From Phycisphaerales bacterium (GTDB taxonomy: Bacteria; Planctomycetota; UBA1135; UBA2386): a stretch of DNA of 64,000 bases. Where the stretch lies: contig JADCJE010000032.1 of NCBI GenBank assembly GCA_020247305.1, positions 88,108-152,107 of the forward strand. Reading direction: 5' to 3'. Numbering within the stretch: the first letter of the stretch is position 1; every line of letters starts with the position of its first letter. The notes below the pieces were generated by a model, which worked only from the letters and a program-made list of their open reading frames with translations, searched no databases and was not told the origin of the DNA. Positions 47,059-60,139 of this stretch are shown piece by piece. A program made the position numbers and the translations under genes.

Positions 47059-48231
47059 ATGAAACCAAAGGCTGGCGAAAGCACCAAGGCTCCGTTGAGC
47101 GAAGCGCTGCTCGATGCGCTCGCTTCCATCCAGAAGTCGCATGGCGAGGGTTCGATCATGCGCATGGGCGACCGCAACGAGGCGGTCGTCGAAGGCATCT
47201 CGACGGGGTCGCTCGGCCTCGACATCTGCATCGGTGGCAAGGGCCTGCCGCGCGGACGCATCATCGAGATCTTCGGGCCGGAGTCGTCGGGCAAGACGAC
47301 CCTGACCCTGCACGTCGTCGCCAACGCCCAGCGCCAGGGTGGCGTGTGCGCCTTCATCGACGCCGAGCACGCGCTCGACCCGCAGTACGCCAAGCGCCTC
47401 GGCGTCGACCTCGATTCGCTGTTGATCTCGCAGCCGGACAACGGCGAGCAGGCGCTCGACATCTGCGAGACGCTGGCCAAGTCCGGCGCCGTCGACGTGA
47501 TCGTCATCGACTCGGTCGCCGCGCTCGTGCCGAAGGCCGAAATCGAAGGCGAGATGGGCGACAGCTTCGTCGGCCTGCAGGCCCGCCTGATGAGCCAAGC
47601 GCTGCGCAAGCTGACGGCCGTCACGGCCAAGTCCAGCACCACGCTCGTCTTCATCAACCAGATCCGCGAGAAGATCGGCGTGATGTTCGGCAGCCCGGAG
47701 ACCACGACGGGCGGCCGCGCGCTCAAGTTCTACAGTTCGGTGCGCATCGACATCCGCCGCATCGGCCAGATCAAGGACGGCGAGGAGCCGATCGGCGCGC
47801 GCACGAAGGCGACGGTCGTCAAGAACAAGGTCGCGCCGCCCTTCAAGAAGTGCGAGTTCGACATCCTTTTCAACGAGGGCATCAACCGGCTGGGCGAGGT
47901 GCTCGACCTCGGCGTCGAGACCAACTTCCTCAAGCGCTCGGGCACGTGGATCAGCTACGGCGAGACGCGCCTGGGCCAAGGTCGTGAGAAGGCGCGGGAC
48001 TTCCTCAAGGAGAACCCGACGCTGGCCAAGGAAATCGAGGAGTCGCTGGTGGCTTCGGTGCTGAAGCGCACCGCCGCCGTGCTCGCCGGCAACTCGTCGT
48101 CGCCTTCGGGCGCGACGACGACCAGCGAGTCGGCTGCGCCCGCCGCGGGCACCGGCAAGCCGGTCGAGATCCGTCAGGGCGCGCCGCGTCCGGCCACGCC
48201 GCCGGCGCGGCCGCAGCCGTCGAGCTCGTGA
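47059..48231 (+). CDS. recA: Recombinase A
   Basis: [17 protein letters not shown] Walker A. Full-length RecA similarity. Confidence 0.97.
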   Translation: MKPKAGESTKAPLSEALLDALASIQKSHGEGSIMRMGDRNEAVVEGISTGSLGLDICIGGKGLPRGRIIEIFGPESSGKTTLTLHVVANAQRQGGVCAFIDAEHALDPQYAKRLGVDLDSLLISQPDNGEQALDICETLAKSGAVDVIVIDSVAALVPKAEIEGEMGDSFVGLQARLMSQALRKLTAVTAKSSTTLVFINQIREKIGVMFGSPETTTGGRALKFYSSVRIDIRRIGQIKDGEEPIGARTKATVVKNKVAPPFKKCEFDILFNEGINRLGEVLDLGVETNFLKRSGTWISYGETRLGQGREKARDFLKENPTLAKEIEESLVASVLKRTAAVLAGNSSSPSGATTTSESAAPAAGTGKPVEIRQGAPRPATPPARPQPSSS

Positions 48232-48254
48232 CCGCTGGCGCGGTCGTGACAGCA

Positions 48255-48290
48255 AGCTAGGGACGGGCAGCTAGGGACGGGCAGCTAGCG
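48255..48290. repeat. 14-nt tandem repeat AGCTAGGGACGGGC x2 plus a partial copy (AGCTAGCG) in the recA 3' UTR
   Basis: Read directly from the sequence. Contains CTAG, which I saw only a handful of times when reading the rest of the window. Confidence 0.8.
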
Positions 48291-48308
48291 CGCCAGTTCG
48301 CACAACAG

Positions 48309-48350
48309 ACCGCCTGCGTTGCCGCCACGGCAGCACAGGCGGTTTTCGTT
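48309..48350 (+). terminator. Rho-independent-type terminator downstream of recA
   Basis: 8-bp stem ACCGCCTG/CAGGCGGT with an inner TGCCG/CGGCA stem, followed by TTTTCGTT. Confidence 0.5.
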
Positions 48351-48516
48351 GCGCCGCGCGCTGTCGGTGCGGCCGTGCGTTCGAGCGCACCGAGGCCGCC
48401 GCCGCCGCCGAGCAATCGGCGCGCACGGTGTGGCGCCGCCGGTCGCCGCCGTCGCGCTTCCGACCGGCGGCGGCGTTCGCTACAACCTTCGCCCCGAACC
48501 CCCTGCGGGATCCTCC

Positions 48517-51186
<2,670 letters not shown>

Positions 51187-51304
51187 CCTGACGGCGGCGG
51201 TTCGGCGCACGCGGGCCGCCGGCTGGGCGGAGGGCAGGGTTGCAGGCAGCCGGATGGACAGTTAACTCCGCCCTGACGAGACCTGCCTCGGGCCGGAGTC
51301 CTCC

Positions 51305-53722
51305 ATGCGCGACCTGATGATCTGGCTGGCCGCCGCTTGCCTGTGTGCCGCGGCTCATGGGCAAGCGCCCAACGAGCTCGACTTCGACCCGGCGTGGCAA
51401 CCGGCGACGACGATCACGCCCAACGGCAGCACGCACGTCATCACCGGCTTGACGACGTACACGGGCCAGAACCTCGAGCTCAATGCGCCGTTGACGATCG
51501 CCCCCGGCGGCGAGTTGCGCCTCGTGCGCTGCTGCCTGCGCGTACGCGGCGACGTGTTGCTCCAGGACGGCGCACGACTCACCGTCATCGACGGCAGTTT
51601 CCTGCTGCCCAACCCGCAGCAGCAGCAAAACGAGATCCGCATGGAAGGCGGCCTGCTGCACACCGAACGGGCGACGATCGGCAGTGACTACATCGGCGCG
51701 AACCTCGCACAGACGCGCCTTCTGCACCTGCGCGGGACCTGGCTTGCACGGCACACGGTCGTGCAGGCGCTGGTCACGATCCTGGCCAACGGCCGCACCG
51801 GCTGGTTCGGCAACGCCCTCCACAAGGGTGGCAACATCGTCGGCTCCGGCGTGTTCGAGGGCGACCGCGCCGACGCCATCCACCTGTGCGGCATGGGGGA
51901 CGTGACCCTTGCCGATGGCGCGATGAACGTCGCGTTCTACTACGACGCCGGCACGCCGACCGCCGCCGCCAGCGCGACGATCGACCTCGGCTCCGAGGCC
52001 CCGCAGACCGTCGTGTACGGCGATCCCACGGTCCACGCCGGCGTGACGAGTCCGTTGCCGTCGCACCCGTGCCGTCTCGAACTGCGCAACCATCGCTCGC
52101 CGACGTGGCAGTTCTTCGCGGTCGACGCCAACCAGTCCGGGCCGCTGCAGACGCTGACGCTGCGCAACGCCAAGGACATCATCTGCAACGTGCGCGGGTC
52201 CGGTTTCGTCGGGCAGCCGGTGCTCGGCGGTCCCTGGGCGAGCCACTACGCCACGCTGCCCGGCTTGCCATCGACGGAGAAGCCGGGATTCCACGCCATG
52301 CCGCCGGCGTGCTCGGTGCGGATCGGCAACGTCCAATTCCAGTCGGGACCGAGTCCGACCGACTGGAATCGCATCCGCTCATGGGGCCTGTACATCCGCG
52401 GTGCAAGCAGCGACTTCACCGTCAACGGACCAGCGATGTTCGCCGAGTTGCAGATGAACGACGGCCGCCTGACGCTGGCCGGCGCCGGCAGCTACGACCT
52501 CGGCGTCTTCGCCAACACGGTCCGCCTGTACGACAACTCGATCCTGCAGTTGCGGAACGTGCGCCTGGGCGAGTTCGGCGTGTATGCGGGTGTCGTCGGC
52601 CTGATCGAGGCCAACGGCAACAGCACCTGCACGATCGACGGTGCGCGCACGGGCCGCGTCGTCTTGAGCGTGACGTCACCGACCGCCGCGATCTCGGCGC
52701 AGCGCGTCGTCGAGGTCGGCAACTTGCAGCTGCAGAACCCGGGCGGTGGCGCCCTGAACGTCGTGCAAGCGACGCCGACGCAGACCTTCGACGGCCAGAA
52801 TCTCGGCTTCGAGTCCGCGATGCCGACCAGCGGCGTGCCGGCCTTCTGGGCGGGCGCTGGCGGCAGCGGCAGCAACGTGAACAGCCCGGCGCCGGGTGCG
52901 GCGGGCAGCAGCGCGCTGCAGTGGAACGCGGCGACCGCCGGTTCGTCGGTCGGCAAGCAGTGGCTGCTGCCGGCCGAGACCAGCGTGGCGGCGCTCGCGG
53001 CCGCCAATGCGGTGGTCCCAGCGCCCGGCGCGCTGCCGCTCCTGCGCGTCCTGCACCAGGGCGCCGGCGGCAGCGATGCGATCGTCGGCAGCACGGTAGG
53101 TTGGCAGCGCCTCTACGTGCCGCCGGTCGCGATCACCAACGCCCTGTCGCCGGTCGCCATCGACCTCGCGCATCCCTCGGCCCCGGCGACGACGCGTTTC
53201 GACGACGTGCGCATCGTGCTGGGCAGTTGGTGGAGCGACGACAACTTCGACAACCTGCTGTTCGAAGCGCCGCTGCGCAGCCTGCAGACGAGCAGCAGCG
53301 GCGTGCCGGATGCGTGGGAGGCGTTCCAATTGCAGTGTGCCGCCGATGCCGCAGTGGTTCGCCCCGGCGCCGCGGCGGGCTCCCGGTCGCTGCGGGTCGT
53401 TGGCACCGCAACGGTGGGCAACGTCTTCAAGCAGTTGACCTTCCTGCGCGCGGGCGACCAGGTCATCGTCTCCGGTTGGGCGCGCGGCACCGGCGGCGTC
53501 GGTTCGTCGATGGAAGTCATCGTCGGCAACGGCCAGAACTTCTACGTGGTTGCGCCGCCGAACGTGTTCTCGGGTCCGATGCCGGCCAACGGCACATGGC
53601 AGCAGTTCACGGTCAACTACACCGTGCCGAACAACCCGTCGTTCACTCGTGTCGACCTTGGTTGCTTCGGACCGCCGGGAAGCACGTTCTGGCTCGACGA
53701 CCTGACCGTGGAGGTGCGCTGA
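51305..53722 (+). CDS. Secreted protein, probable parallel beta-helix region plus a C-terminal CBM4/9-like jelly-roll
   Basis: Signal peptide MRDLMIWLAAACLCAAAHGQA. C-terminus ...GWARGTGG..MEVIVGNGQNF...WQQFTVNYTVP...FWLDDLTVEV resembles carbohydrate-binding modules. Confidence 0.6.
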   Translation: MRDLMIWLAAACLCAAAHGQAPNELDFDPAWQPATTITPNGSTHVITGLTTYTGQNLELNAPLTIAPGGELRLVRCCLRVRGDVLLQDGARLTVIDGSFLLPNPQQQQNEIRMEGGLLHTERATIGSDYIGANLAQTRLLHLRGTWLARHTVVQALVTILANGRTGWFGNALHKGGNIVGSGVFEGDRADAIHLCGMGDVTLADGAMNVAFYYDAGTPTAAASATIDLGSEAPQTVVYGDPTVHAGVTSPLPSHPCRLELRNHRSPTWQFFAVDANQSGPLQTLTLRNAKDIICNVRGSGFVGQPVLGGPWASHYATLPGLPSTEKPGFHAMPPACSVRIGNVQFQSGPSPTDWNRIRSWGLYIRGASSDFTVNGPAMFAELQMNDGRLTLAGAGSYDLGVFANTVRLYDNSILQLRNVRLGEFGVYAGVVGLIEANGNSTCTIDGARTGRVVLSVTSPTAAISAQRVVEVGNLQLQNPGGGALNVVQATPTQTFDGQNLGFESAMPTSGVPAFWAGAGGSGSNVNSPAPGAAGSSALQWNAATAGSSVGKQWLLPAETSVAALAAANAVVPAPGALPLLRVLHQGAGGSDAIVGSTVGWQRLYVPPVAITNALSPVAIDLAHPSAPATTRFDDVRIVLGSWWSDDNFDNLLFEAPLRSLQTSSSGVPDAWEAFQLQCAADAAVVRPGAAAGSRSLRVVGTATVGNVFKQLTFLRAGDQVIVSGWARGTGGVGSSMEVIVGNGQNFYVVAPPNVFSGPMPANGTWQQFTVNYTVPNNPSFTRVDLGCFGPPGSTFWLDDLTVEVR

Positions 53723-54870
53723 TGTCCCGCTTCGTGCAGGCCCTCGTCGCCCTCAGCCTGTCGGCGTCCGCCGCCGCCCAGTACGTGTGGCCACCCCAGC
53801 AGGCTGCGGCCCCAGGGAACGCGGTGATGAACGCGCCCTTCCGCAGCGTGGCGGGTGCGCCGACGACCAAAACGCGCTGCATGGTGGTGCTCGACGCCGC
53901 TTCGGTGCCGTTCCCGATCGGCACGACGGTGACCCAGATCGCCCTGCGCCGCGACGCCAGTTACGGCGCGCAAGGGTACGCCGCGCTGCAGGGAAGCCTC
54001 CGGGTGCGCATGGGGCGCGCCGTTGCGGCGCCCGACGGCATCCAGGACGTGCGCTTCGCGCGACTTTGGCAAGGCGCGCCGACGACCGTCTACGACGCGC
54101 CCAACGGCACCTTCTCGTCACCGGCAGCACCGCCGCCAGTCGGCGGCGCGCCGCCATTCTCGATCGTCGTGCCATTGCAGCGGCCGTTCCAGTGGCAAGG
54201 CGGTCCGTTGGCGATCGAGTTCCTGTACACGCCGACCGCGGGAACTTCGCTTTGGCGCGTGGACGCGGTGGCGACGCCGCGCAGCGCCGGTTCGTTTCGC
54301 AGCCTGGGTCCGGGCTGCGGCGGCAGCAATGGGTACCGCGGCCAGCAGTACGTGCTGACGGAAACCGCCGTGCCGGGTGGCCAGATGCAGGTGGTCGTCG
54401 AGGGCGCCGTGCGTCCTGCGTCGCCCGGCTCGCCGCAGGACGTCGCGATCCACGTCCTCGGCGCCTCCGGCACGGCGATCGGCGGCGTGCCGCTGCCGCT
54501 GGACCTCGGACCGCTGCTCGGCACGCCATCGGGATGCCTGCTGCGCAACGATGCGTTGGCGACGCTGACGGTGCCGCTGGCCAATCCGTCGCTACTGTTC
54601 GGACGCGCCAGCAGCCTGATCGCGGTACCGGCGACGCCTGCGATCGCCGGCGCACAGGTCTTCAGCCAGTGGCTGCTCTTCGACCTCGCCCTGAACGCAC
54701 CGTTCCGCGCCACCGTCTCGGACGGCATCGAGATCACCGTCGGTTCGTACGTGGGGGCCGTCACGCCGCGGCGGGCGCGGACGCTCTGGAAGTACGGCGC
54801 CACGGGCTTCGACATCGACAGCGGCGTGATGGCCGACGGCGAGTACGGTCCGGTGCTGCGCTTCCAGTAG
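53722..54870 (+). CDS. Secreted hypothetical protein sharing a two-Cys module with the 41513-43018 protein
   Basis: ATG overlaps the upstream stop (TGATG). Signal peptide MSRFVQALVALSLSASAAAQ. Confidence 0.6.
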   Translation: MSRFVQALVALSLSASAAAQYVWPPQQAAAPGNAVMNAPFRSVAGAPTTKTRCMVVLDAASVPFPIGTTVTQIALRRDASYGAQGYAALQGSLRVRMGRAVAAPDGIQDVRFARLWQGAPTTVYDAPNGTFSSPAAPPPVGGAPPFSIVVPLQRPFQWQGGPLAIEFLYTPTAGTSLWRVDAVATPRSAGSFRSLGPGCGGSNGYRGQQYVLTETAVPGGQMQVVVEGAVRPASPGSPQDVAIHVLGASGTAIGGVPLPLDLGPLLGTPSGCLLRNDALATLTVPLANPSLLFGRASSLIAVPATPAIAGAQVFSQWLLFDLALNAPFRATVSDGIEITVGSYVGAVTPRRARTLWKYGATGFDIDSGVMADGEYGPVLRFQ

Positions 54871-54947
54871 CCGCCAGCCCCTTTGCGCGGAACGACTTGG
54901 GGCGTTGCGCAGAACGGGGGACGGGGCCCGGGTTCGCGCGGTCGCAG

Positions 54948-54975
54948 TTGACAGTCGCCGCGCGATCCGTACTCT
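54948..54975 (+). promoter_or_regulatory. Candidate promoter of the rpmF-plsX-fab operon (TTGACA-16-TACTCT)
   Basis: Perfect -35 hexamer and plausible -10 read from the sequence, about 65 nt upstream of rpmF. Confidence 0.35.
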
Positions 54976-55041
54976 CCTCGCCCCTTACTGGTCGCCGCCC
55001 GCCTCGGGCGCTGTGGCGACCGGGTTCCGCAGGTAACCATC

Positions 55042-55224
55042 ATGGCAAATCCGAAGAGAAAGCTGAGCCGCGCGAGCAAGGGCCACCGCCGCGCCCACTT
55101 GGCGCTGACGCGCACCCAACTCGTCCGCTGCACGCACTGCGGCGCGATGATCCGCCCGCACACCATCTGCAAGGCCTGCGGCCACTACCGCGGCAAGCAG
55201 ATCCTCGTCGCGGACAACGGCTAA
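55042..55224 (+). CDS. rpmF: 50S ribosomal protein L32
   Basis: MANPKRKLSRASKGHRRAH...CxxC...CxxC. Typical L32. Confidence 0.95.
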   Translation: MANPKRKLSRASKGHRRAHLALTRTQLVRCTHCGAMIRPHTICKACGHYRGKQILVADNG

Positions 55225-55498
55225 TGCAGCGCTGATGCAGCGCCGGTTTCGCTCGGCGGGCCAGTGCCGTCGAGCGGGACAGGTTCGCCTGCGGCGGGCG
55301 ATCCACGTCGCGCGGCTACCGCTGGGGAGCTTCTGCTGCGAACGAGCGCGCGGGTGCCAAACGATGGTTCCGCCAGCCGCATCGTCTAGCTAGCATCCGC
55401 CCCCGCGCCGCCCGTACGCCGGTCGTCGCCCGGGTGAGCATTCGCAGGTCGTCGCCTGGCTACCGGTCGCCAAACGTCTACGCACTTCTTGGGATGCC

Positions 55499-56518
55499 AT
55501 GAACAAGGTCGTTCTCGATGCGGTTGGCGGTGACCACGGCCCGGCGGAATGCCTGGCGGGCGTCGCGCTCGCCCTGCAAAAGGGCTTCGTCCAGCCGAGC
55601 AACCTGATCCTCACCGGTCCGGTCGACGAAGTCGCCGCCGCCGTGCGGACCCAGGGTCTCGAGGGCAAGGGCCTCGCGATCGTCGATGCCCCCGATGTCC
55701 TCACCGACACGGACACGCCGACGGAGGCCACCCGCAAGAAGCCGCGCAACAGCATCATGCTGGGCATCCAGGAGGTCCGCGAGGGCCGCGCCGGCGCATT
55801 CGTCAGCGCTGGTTCGACTGGCACCGTGGTGGCGGCCGCGACGCTCGGGCTGGGTTGCCTCGAAGGCATCCGTCGCCCGGCGATCGGCGCGATCATCCAC
55901 GGCGAGAAGAACCCGTTCCTGCTGCTGGACGTCGGCGCCAACCCACAGCCCAAGGTGCACCATCTCGCGCAGTACGCGCTGATGGGATCGGCCTACTACG
56001 GCGGCACGTTCGGCATCCCGAACCCCAAGGTCGGCATCCTCAACATCGGCAGCGAGGAGTTGAAGGGCAACCCGCTGGTGCGCGAAGCGCGGGCGCTGAT
56101 GAAGCAGATGCCGATCCACTTCCACGGCAACGTCGAGGGCGTCGAGTTGTACTCCGGCGAGTGCCACGTGGTCGTGACCGACGGCTTCACCGGCAACGTC
56201 GTGCTCAAGGTCAGCGAAGGCCTGGCCGAGTACCTCGTCCGCACGATGTTCGGCCTGATGCAGAAGTCGGGCGTCGAGCCCGAGCGCATGGGCGCGGTCA
56301 AGCACGGCATCATTCCGCGCATCGACTTCTCCGAGTACGGCGGCGCGCTGCTGCTCGGCGTCAAGGGCTGCGTCACCATCTGCCACGGCCGCTCGCGCGC
56401 GCCGGCCTTCGCCAACGCCATCCGCTTTGCGTGCCGCGCCATGGACGCCAAGGTCAACGACCACATCGTTCAGGCGGCGCGGGCATGCGAGCTGCCACAG
56501 GCGGAGCCCAACGCATGA
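55499..56518 (+). CDS. plsX: Phosphate acyltransferase PlsX
   Basis: VLDAVGGDHGP, FVSAGSTGT, GFTGNVVLK motifs. Confidence 0.95.
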   Translation: MNKVVLDAVGGDHGPAECLAGVALALQKGFVQPSNLILTGPVDEVAAAVRTQGLEGKGLAIVDAPDVLTDTDTPTEATRKKPRNSIMLGIQEVREGRAGAFVSAGSTGTVVAAATLGLGCLEGIRRPAIGAIIHGEKNPFLLLDVGANPQPKVHHLAQYALMGSAYYGGTFGIPNPKVGILNIGSEELKGNPLVREARALMKQMPIHFHGNVEGVELYSGECHVVVTDGFTGNVVLKVSEGLAEYLVRTMFGLMQKSGVEPERMGAVKHGIIPRIDFSEYGGALLLGVKGCVTICHGRSRAPAFANAIRFACRAMDAKVNDHIVQAARACELPQAEPNA

Positions 56519-56560
56519 GCCGCTGTCGCCGCGCAACCGCAGCCGGTCGGAGGCCCTGAC

Positions 56561-57550
56561 GTGGCCAACGTCGTTCCTGTCGGCATCGCCGGCCTCGGCC
56601 GCTATGTGCCGGACCGCCACCTGACCAACTTCGACCTCGAGAAGATGGTCGACACGTCGGACGAGTGGATCGTCCAGCGCACCGGCATCCGCGAGCGCCG
56701 CATCGCCGCACCGGATCAGGTGACCAGTTCGCTGGCGCTGGCGGCCGCGCGCCAGGCGCTCGACGACGCCAAGATGGCGCCCGAGGAACTCGACCTCGTC
56801 ATCTGCGCGACGGTGACCGGCGACCAGCCGTTCCCGGCGACGGCGTGCCGGATCGGCCTCGACCTCGGCGCCAAGAACGCCGGCGGCTTCGACGTCGCCG
56901 CAGCGTGCAGCGGCTTCGTCTTCGCCTCGCAGATCGCGGCCGGCATGATCGGCTCGGGGCAGTTCCGCAACATCCTGGTGATCGGCGCCGAGGTGCTGAG
57001 CCGAATCCTCGACTACACCGACCGCAACACCTGCGTGCTGTTCGGCGACGGCTCCGGCGCAGCGGTCTACACCTCGCTCGAACGCGCCGGCCGCGGCGAG
57101 TTCCTCGCCGGCTCGATCTGCATGGAGGGCGGCGCCGAGACCGTGCTGGCGCAACCGGGCGGCGGCAGCCGGCATCCGGCCAGCCACGACACCGTCGACC
57201 AACGCCTGCACTACATGAAGATGGGCGGGACCAAGGTGTTCCGCTTCGCGGTGCGCGTCTTCGCCGAGTTGGTCAAGAACGTCATCGACGAGCACGGCCG
57301 CGACCAGATCGGCGTCATCATCCCGCACCAGGTCAACCAACGCATCATCGAGGCCGCGATGGAGCAGTTGGGCATGCCGATGGACTTCGTGTTCAGCAAC
57401 ATCGACCGCTACGGCAACACGTCGGCGGCGTCGGTGCCGATCGCGCTGCGCGAAGCGTACGAGGCCGGCCGGCTGCAGAAGGGCAAGCTCGTGGTCATGC
57501 CGGCCTTCGGCGCCGGCATGGCATGGGGCCATCTGCTGCTGCGCTGGTGA
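56561..57550 (+). CDS. fabH: 3-oxoacyl-ACP synthase III
   Basis: [16 protein letters not shown]. Active-site AAACSGF. GTG start. Confidence 0.95.
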   Translation: MANVVPVGIAGLGRYVPDRHLTNFDLEKMVDTSDEWIVQRTGIRERRIAAPDQVTSSLALAAARQALDDAKMAPEELDLVICATVTGDQPFPATACRIGLDLGAKNAGGFDVAAACSGFVFASQIAAGMIGSGQFRNILVIGAEVLSRILDYTDRNTCVLFGDGSGAAVYTSLERAGRGEFLAGSICMEGGAETVLAQPGGGSRHPASHDTVDQRLHYMKMGGTKVFRFAVRVFAELVKNVIDEHGRDQIGVIIPHQVNQRIIEAAMEQLGMPMDFVFSNIDRYGNTSAASVPIALREAYEAGRLQKGKLVVMPAFGAGMAWGHLLLRW

Positions 57551-57576
57551 ATCGCCTCCAACCGCAACCTCCACGA

Positions 57577-58338
57577 ATGAGCCACGTGCTTCCACTCTCC
57601 GGCAAGACGGCGTTGGTCACCGGCGCCTCGCGCGGCATCGGCCGGGCCGTCGCCGTCGCGCTCGCGAGCGCCGGCGCCACCGTCTACTGCACGTCGACCA
57701 AGGCCGGCGGCTGCGACGAGACGCTCGCCGCGATCGCCGCCCTGCCCGCCGGCAGCGGCGCTGGGCGCGCGCTGGTCGTCGACGTCGCGGATCCGGCGTC
57801 GGTAGAGGCGATGGCCAAGCACGTGTTGGCCGAGGCGGGCAAGGTCGAACTGCTGGTCAACAACGCCGGCGTGACGCGCGACGGCTTGTTCCTGCGCATG
57901 AGCGCCGAGGACTTCGACGCCGTCGTGGGCACGAACCTTCGCGGCGTCTTCCTGGTGTGCAAGGCGTTCGCCCGCACCCTGGCCAAGGCCAAGGACGCGC
58001 GCATCGTCAACGTCGGCTCGGTCGTCGGCCTGACCGGCAACGCCGGACAGGCAAACTACGCCGCCAGCAAGGCGGGCCTGATCGGCCTGACCAAGTCGCT
58101 GGCGCAGGAATTCGCCGGTCGCGGGCTGACCGCCAACGTCGTCGCCCCTGGCTTCATCGCCACCGACATGACGGCCGCGCTGTCGCCCGAGATCCGCGAC
58201 GGGATGCTCAAGACCATTCCGCTCCAACGCTTCGGTGCGCCGGAGGACATCGCCAAGACGGTGCTCTTCCTGTGCAGCGACGGGGCCGCCTACATCACGG
58301 GGCAGACTCTCGTGGTGGACGGCGGCATGACCATGTAG
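57577..58338 (+). CDS. fabG: 3-oxoacyl-ACP reductase
   Basis: [10 protein letters not shown] and [19 protein letters not shown] motifs. Confidence 0.95.
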   Translation: MSHVLPLSGKTALVTGASRGIGRAVAVALASAGATVYCTSTKAGGCDETLAAIAALPAGSGAGRALVVDVADPASVEAMAKHVLAEAGKVELLVNNAGVTRDGLFLRMSAEDFDAVVGTNLRGVFLVCKAFARTLAKAKDARIVNVGSVVGLTGNAGQANYAASKAGLIGLTKSLAQEFAGRGLTANVVAPGFIATDMTAALSPEIRDGMLKTIPLQRFGAPEDIAKTVLFLCSDGAAYITGQTLVVDGGMTM

Positions 58339-58430
58339 CTAGAGTTCGCGACTTCCGCATTCCCCTGGCGGGTGGGGGTGACCCCTCCGCCTACCGCCCA
58401 TCTCCCCAAGTCAGTACGAGGCAAAGAACC

Positions 58431-58676
58431 GTGTCGAAGGCTGAGAACATCGAGGAACGCGTCCACAACATCGTTTGCGAGCAGCTCGGAACCACCAAGG
58501 ACAAGATCACGGCGGAAACGTCGTTCATCAACGACCTTGGCGCCGACTCGCTCGACACGGTCGAACTCGTGATGGAGTTCGAGGACGAGTTCGAGATCAA
58601 CATCCCGGACGAGGACGCCGAGAAGATCCAGACCGTCGGCGACGCGGTGAAGTACATCAGCGGCAAGCTGAGCTGA
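58431..58676 (+). CDS. acpP: Acyl carrier protein
   Basis: [19 protein letters not shown] phosphopantetheine site. GTG start. Confidence 0.95.
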   Translation: MSKAENIEERVHNIVCEQLGTTKDKITAETSFINDLGADSLDTVELVMEFEDEFEINIPDEDAEKIQTVGDAVKYISGKLS

Positions 58677-58716
58677 GCTGAGCCGCCGCGCCGTCGCTCT
58701 ACCGCAGCCGGCTGTT

Positions 58717-58760
58717 GGCCGGGCAGCGGCCGGGCAGCGGCCGGGCAGCGGCCGGGCGGC
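58717..58760. repeat. 11-nt tandem repeat GGCCGGGCAGC x3 plus a variant copy, in the acpP-fabF spacer
   Basis: Read directly from the sequence. Confidence 0.85.
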
Positions 58761-58875
58761 GCACAGGCGCAGCTGGGCCGGCGTCCCATCGACGGCCCAT
58801 TCCCTTTGTACCCGCCTGCCGTGCTCCGGCAGGCCAATGCTCCGCCCGCGCTGGCGGGGTCGCTGCCAAGGCATC

Positions 58876-60114
58876 ATGACTCGACGCAGGGTAGTCATCA
58901 CCGGGGTGGGAGCTGTCTCCAGCCTCGGCCTCGACATGAAGTCCAACTGGGCCGGCATGCTCGCCGGCACCTCGGGGGCGGGCGTGATCACGCGCTTCGA
59001 CACCTCGAAGCACACCTGCAAGTTCGCTTGCGAGGTGTGGCAGTGGGACACCGACAAGTTCTTCCCCAAGACCGAGTCCAAGCGGCTGGAGAAGTTCACG
59101 CAGTACTACCTCGTCGCCGCCAGCGAGGCGATGGCGGCTTCCGGCCTCGACATGGGCAAGGAAGCGCGCGAACGGGCCGGCTGCATCCTCGGCACCGGCA
59201 TCGGCGGCATCCACGAGATCGAGGCCAGCAAGGTGCTGCAGGTCGAGCGCGGCGCCGACCGCGTCAGCCCGTTCTTCATCCCAAAGATCATGGCCAACGC
59301 CATGGCCGGGCAGGCGGCGATCCGCTTCGGCCTGATGGGCACGTGCTACGTGACCTCTTCGGCCTGCGCCAGCAGCAGCCACGCCATCGGCATGGCGTTG
59401 CGCACGATCCAGTGGGGCGAGGCGGACATCATGCTGACCGGCGGCAGCGAGGCGGCGACGACCGAACTCGGCCTCGCCGGCTTCTGCTCGCTCAAGGCCG
59501 TGTCGACGCGCAACGAGGACCCCAAGCGGGCCTCGCGCCCGTTCGACAAGAACCGCGACGGCTTCGTCATGGGCGAAGGCGCTGCGGCCCTCGTGCTGGA
59601 GGAGTACGAGCACGCGCGGCGCCGCGGCGCGCCGATCCTGTGCGAGGTGCTCGGCTACGGCTCGACGGACGACGCCTACCACATCACGGCGCCGAACGAA
59701 GACGCCGACGGCCCGAGCCGCGCGATGGCCGGCGCCCTCAGGGACGGCGGCATCACGGCCGACAAGGTCGGCTACATCAACGCGCACGGCACCAGCACCT
59801 TCCTCAACGACAAGATCGAGACCGCCGCGATCAAGCGCGTCTTCGGCGATCACGCCAGGAAGCTCTGCGTGTCGTCGACCAAGTCGATGGTCGGCCACCT
59901 GCTCGGCGCCTCCGGCGCGATCGAACTCGCCGCCTGCGCGATGACGCTGCAGGACCGCAAGGTGCACCCGACGATCAACCAGGAGACGCCGGATCCCGAG
60001 CTCGACCTCGACTACGTGCCGAACGTCGCGCGCGACCTCACGGTCGACTACGTGCTGAGCAACTCGCTCGGCTTCGGCGGCCACAACACCAGCCTGCTGC
60101 TGGGCCGCGTCTGA
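58876..60114 (+). CDS. fabF: 3-oxoacyl-ACP synthase II
   Basis: SACASSSHAIG active-site Cys, HGTSTFLND, GHLLGASG motifs. Confidence 0.95.
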   Translation: MTRRRVVITGVGAVSSLGLDMKSNWAGMLAGTSGAGVITRFDTSKHTCKFACEVWQWDTDKFFPKTESKRLEKFTQYYLVAASEAMAASGLDMGKEARERAGCILGTGIGGIHEIEASKVLQVERGADRVSPFFIPKIMANAMAGQAAIRFGLMGTCYVTSSACASSSHAIGMALRTIQWGEADIMLTGGSEAATTELGLAGFCSLKAVSTRNEDPKRASRPFDKNRDGFVMGEGAAALVLEEYEHARRRGAPILCEVLGYGSTDDAYHITAPNEDADGPSRAMAGALRDGGITADKVGYINAHGTSTFLNDKIETAAIKRVFGDHARKLCVSSTKSMVGHLLGASGAIELAACAMTLQDRKVHPTINQETPDPELDLDYVPNVARDLTVDYVLSNSLGFGGHNTSLLLGRV

Positions 60115-60139
60115 CGCGGTCCGCACGCCGCGAACGACC

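Noticed and set aside
55225-55498. A 274-nt rpmF-plsX spacer containing a TCTAGCTAGC palindrome and a duplicated ATGCAGCGC. I considered a small gene, a regulatory RNA or an engineered stop cassette.
   Set aside because: There is no ORF with a plausible start or RBS. The hairpin after rpmF (GCGCTG-ATG-CAGCGC) is short and lacks a U-tract. Single CTAG-containing palindromes also occur after fabG (58336-58345), and this is consistent with chance in non-coding DNA. The evidence is too thin for a call.
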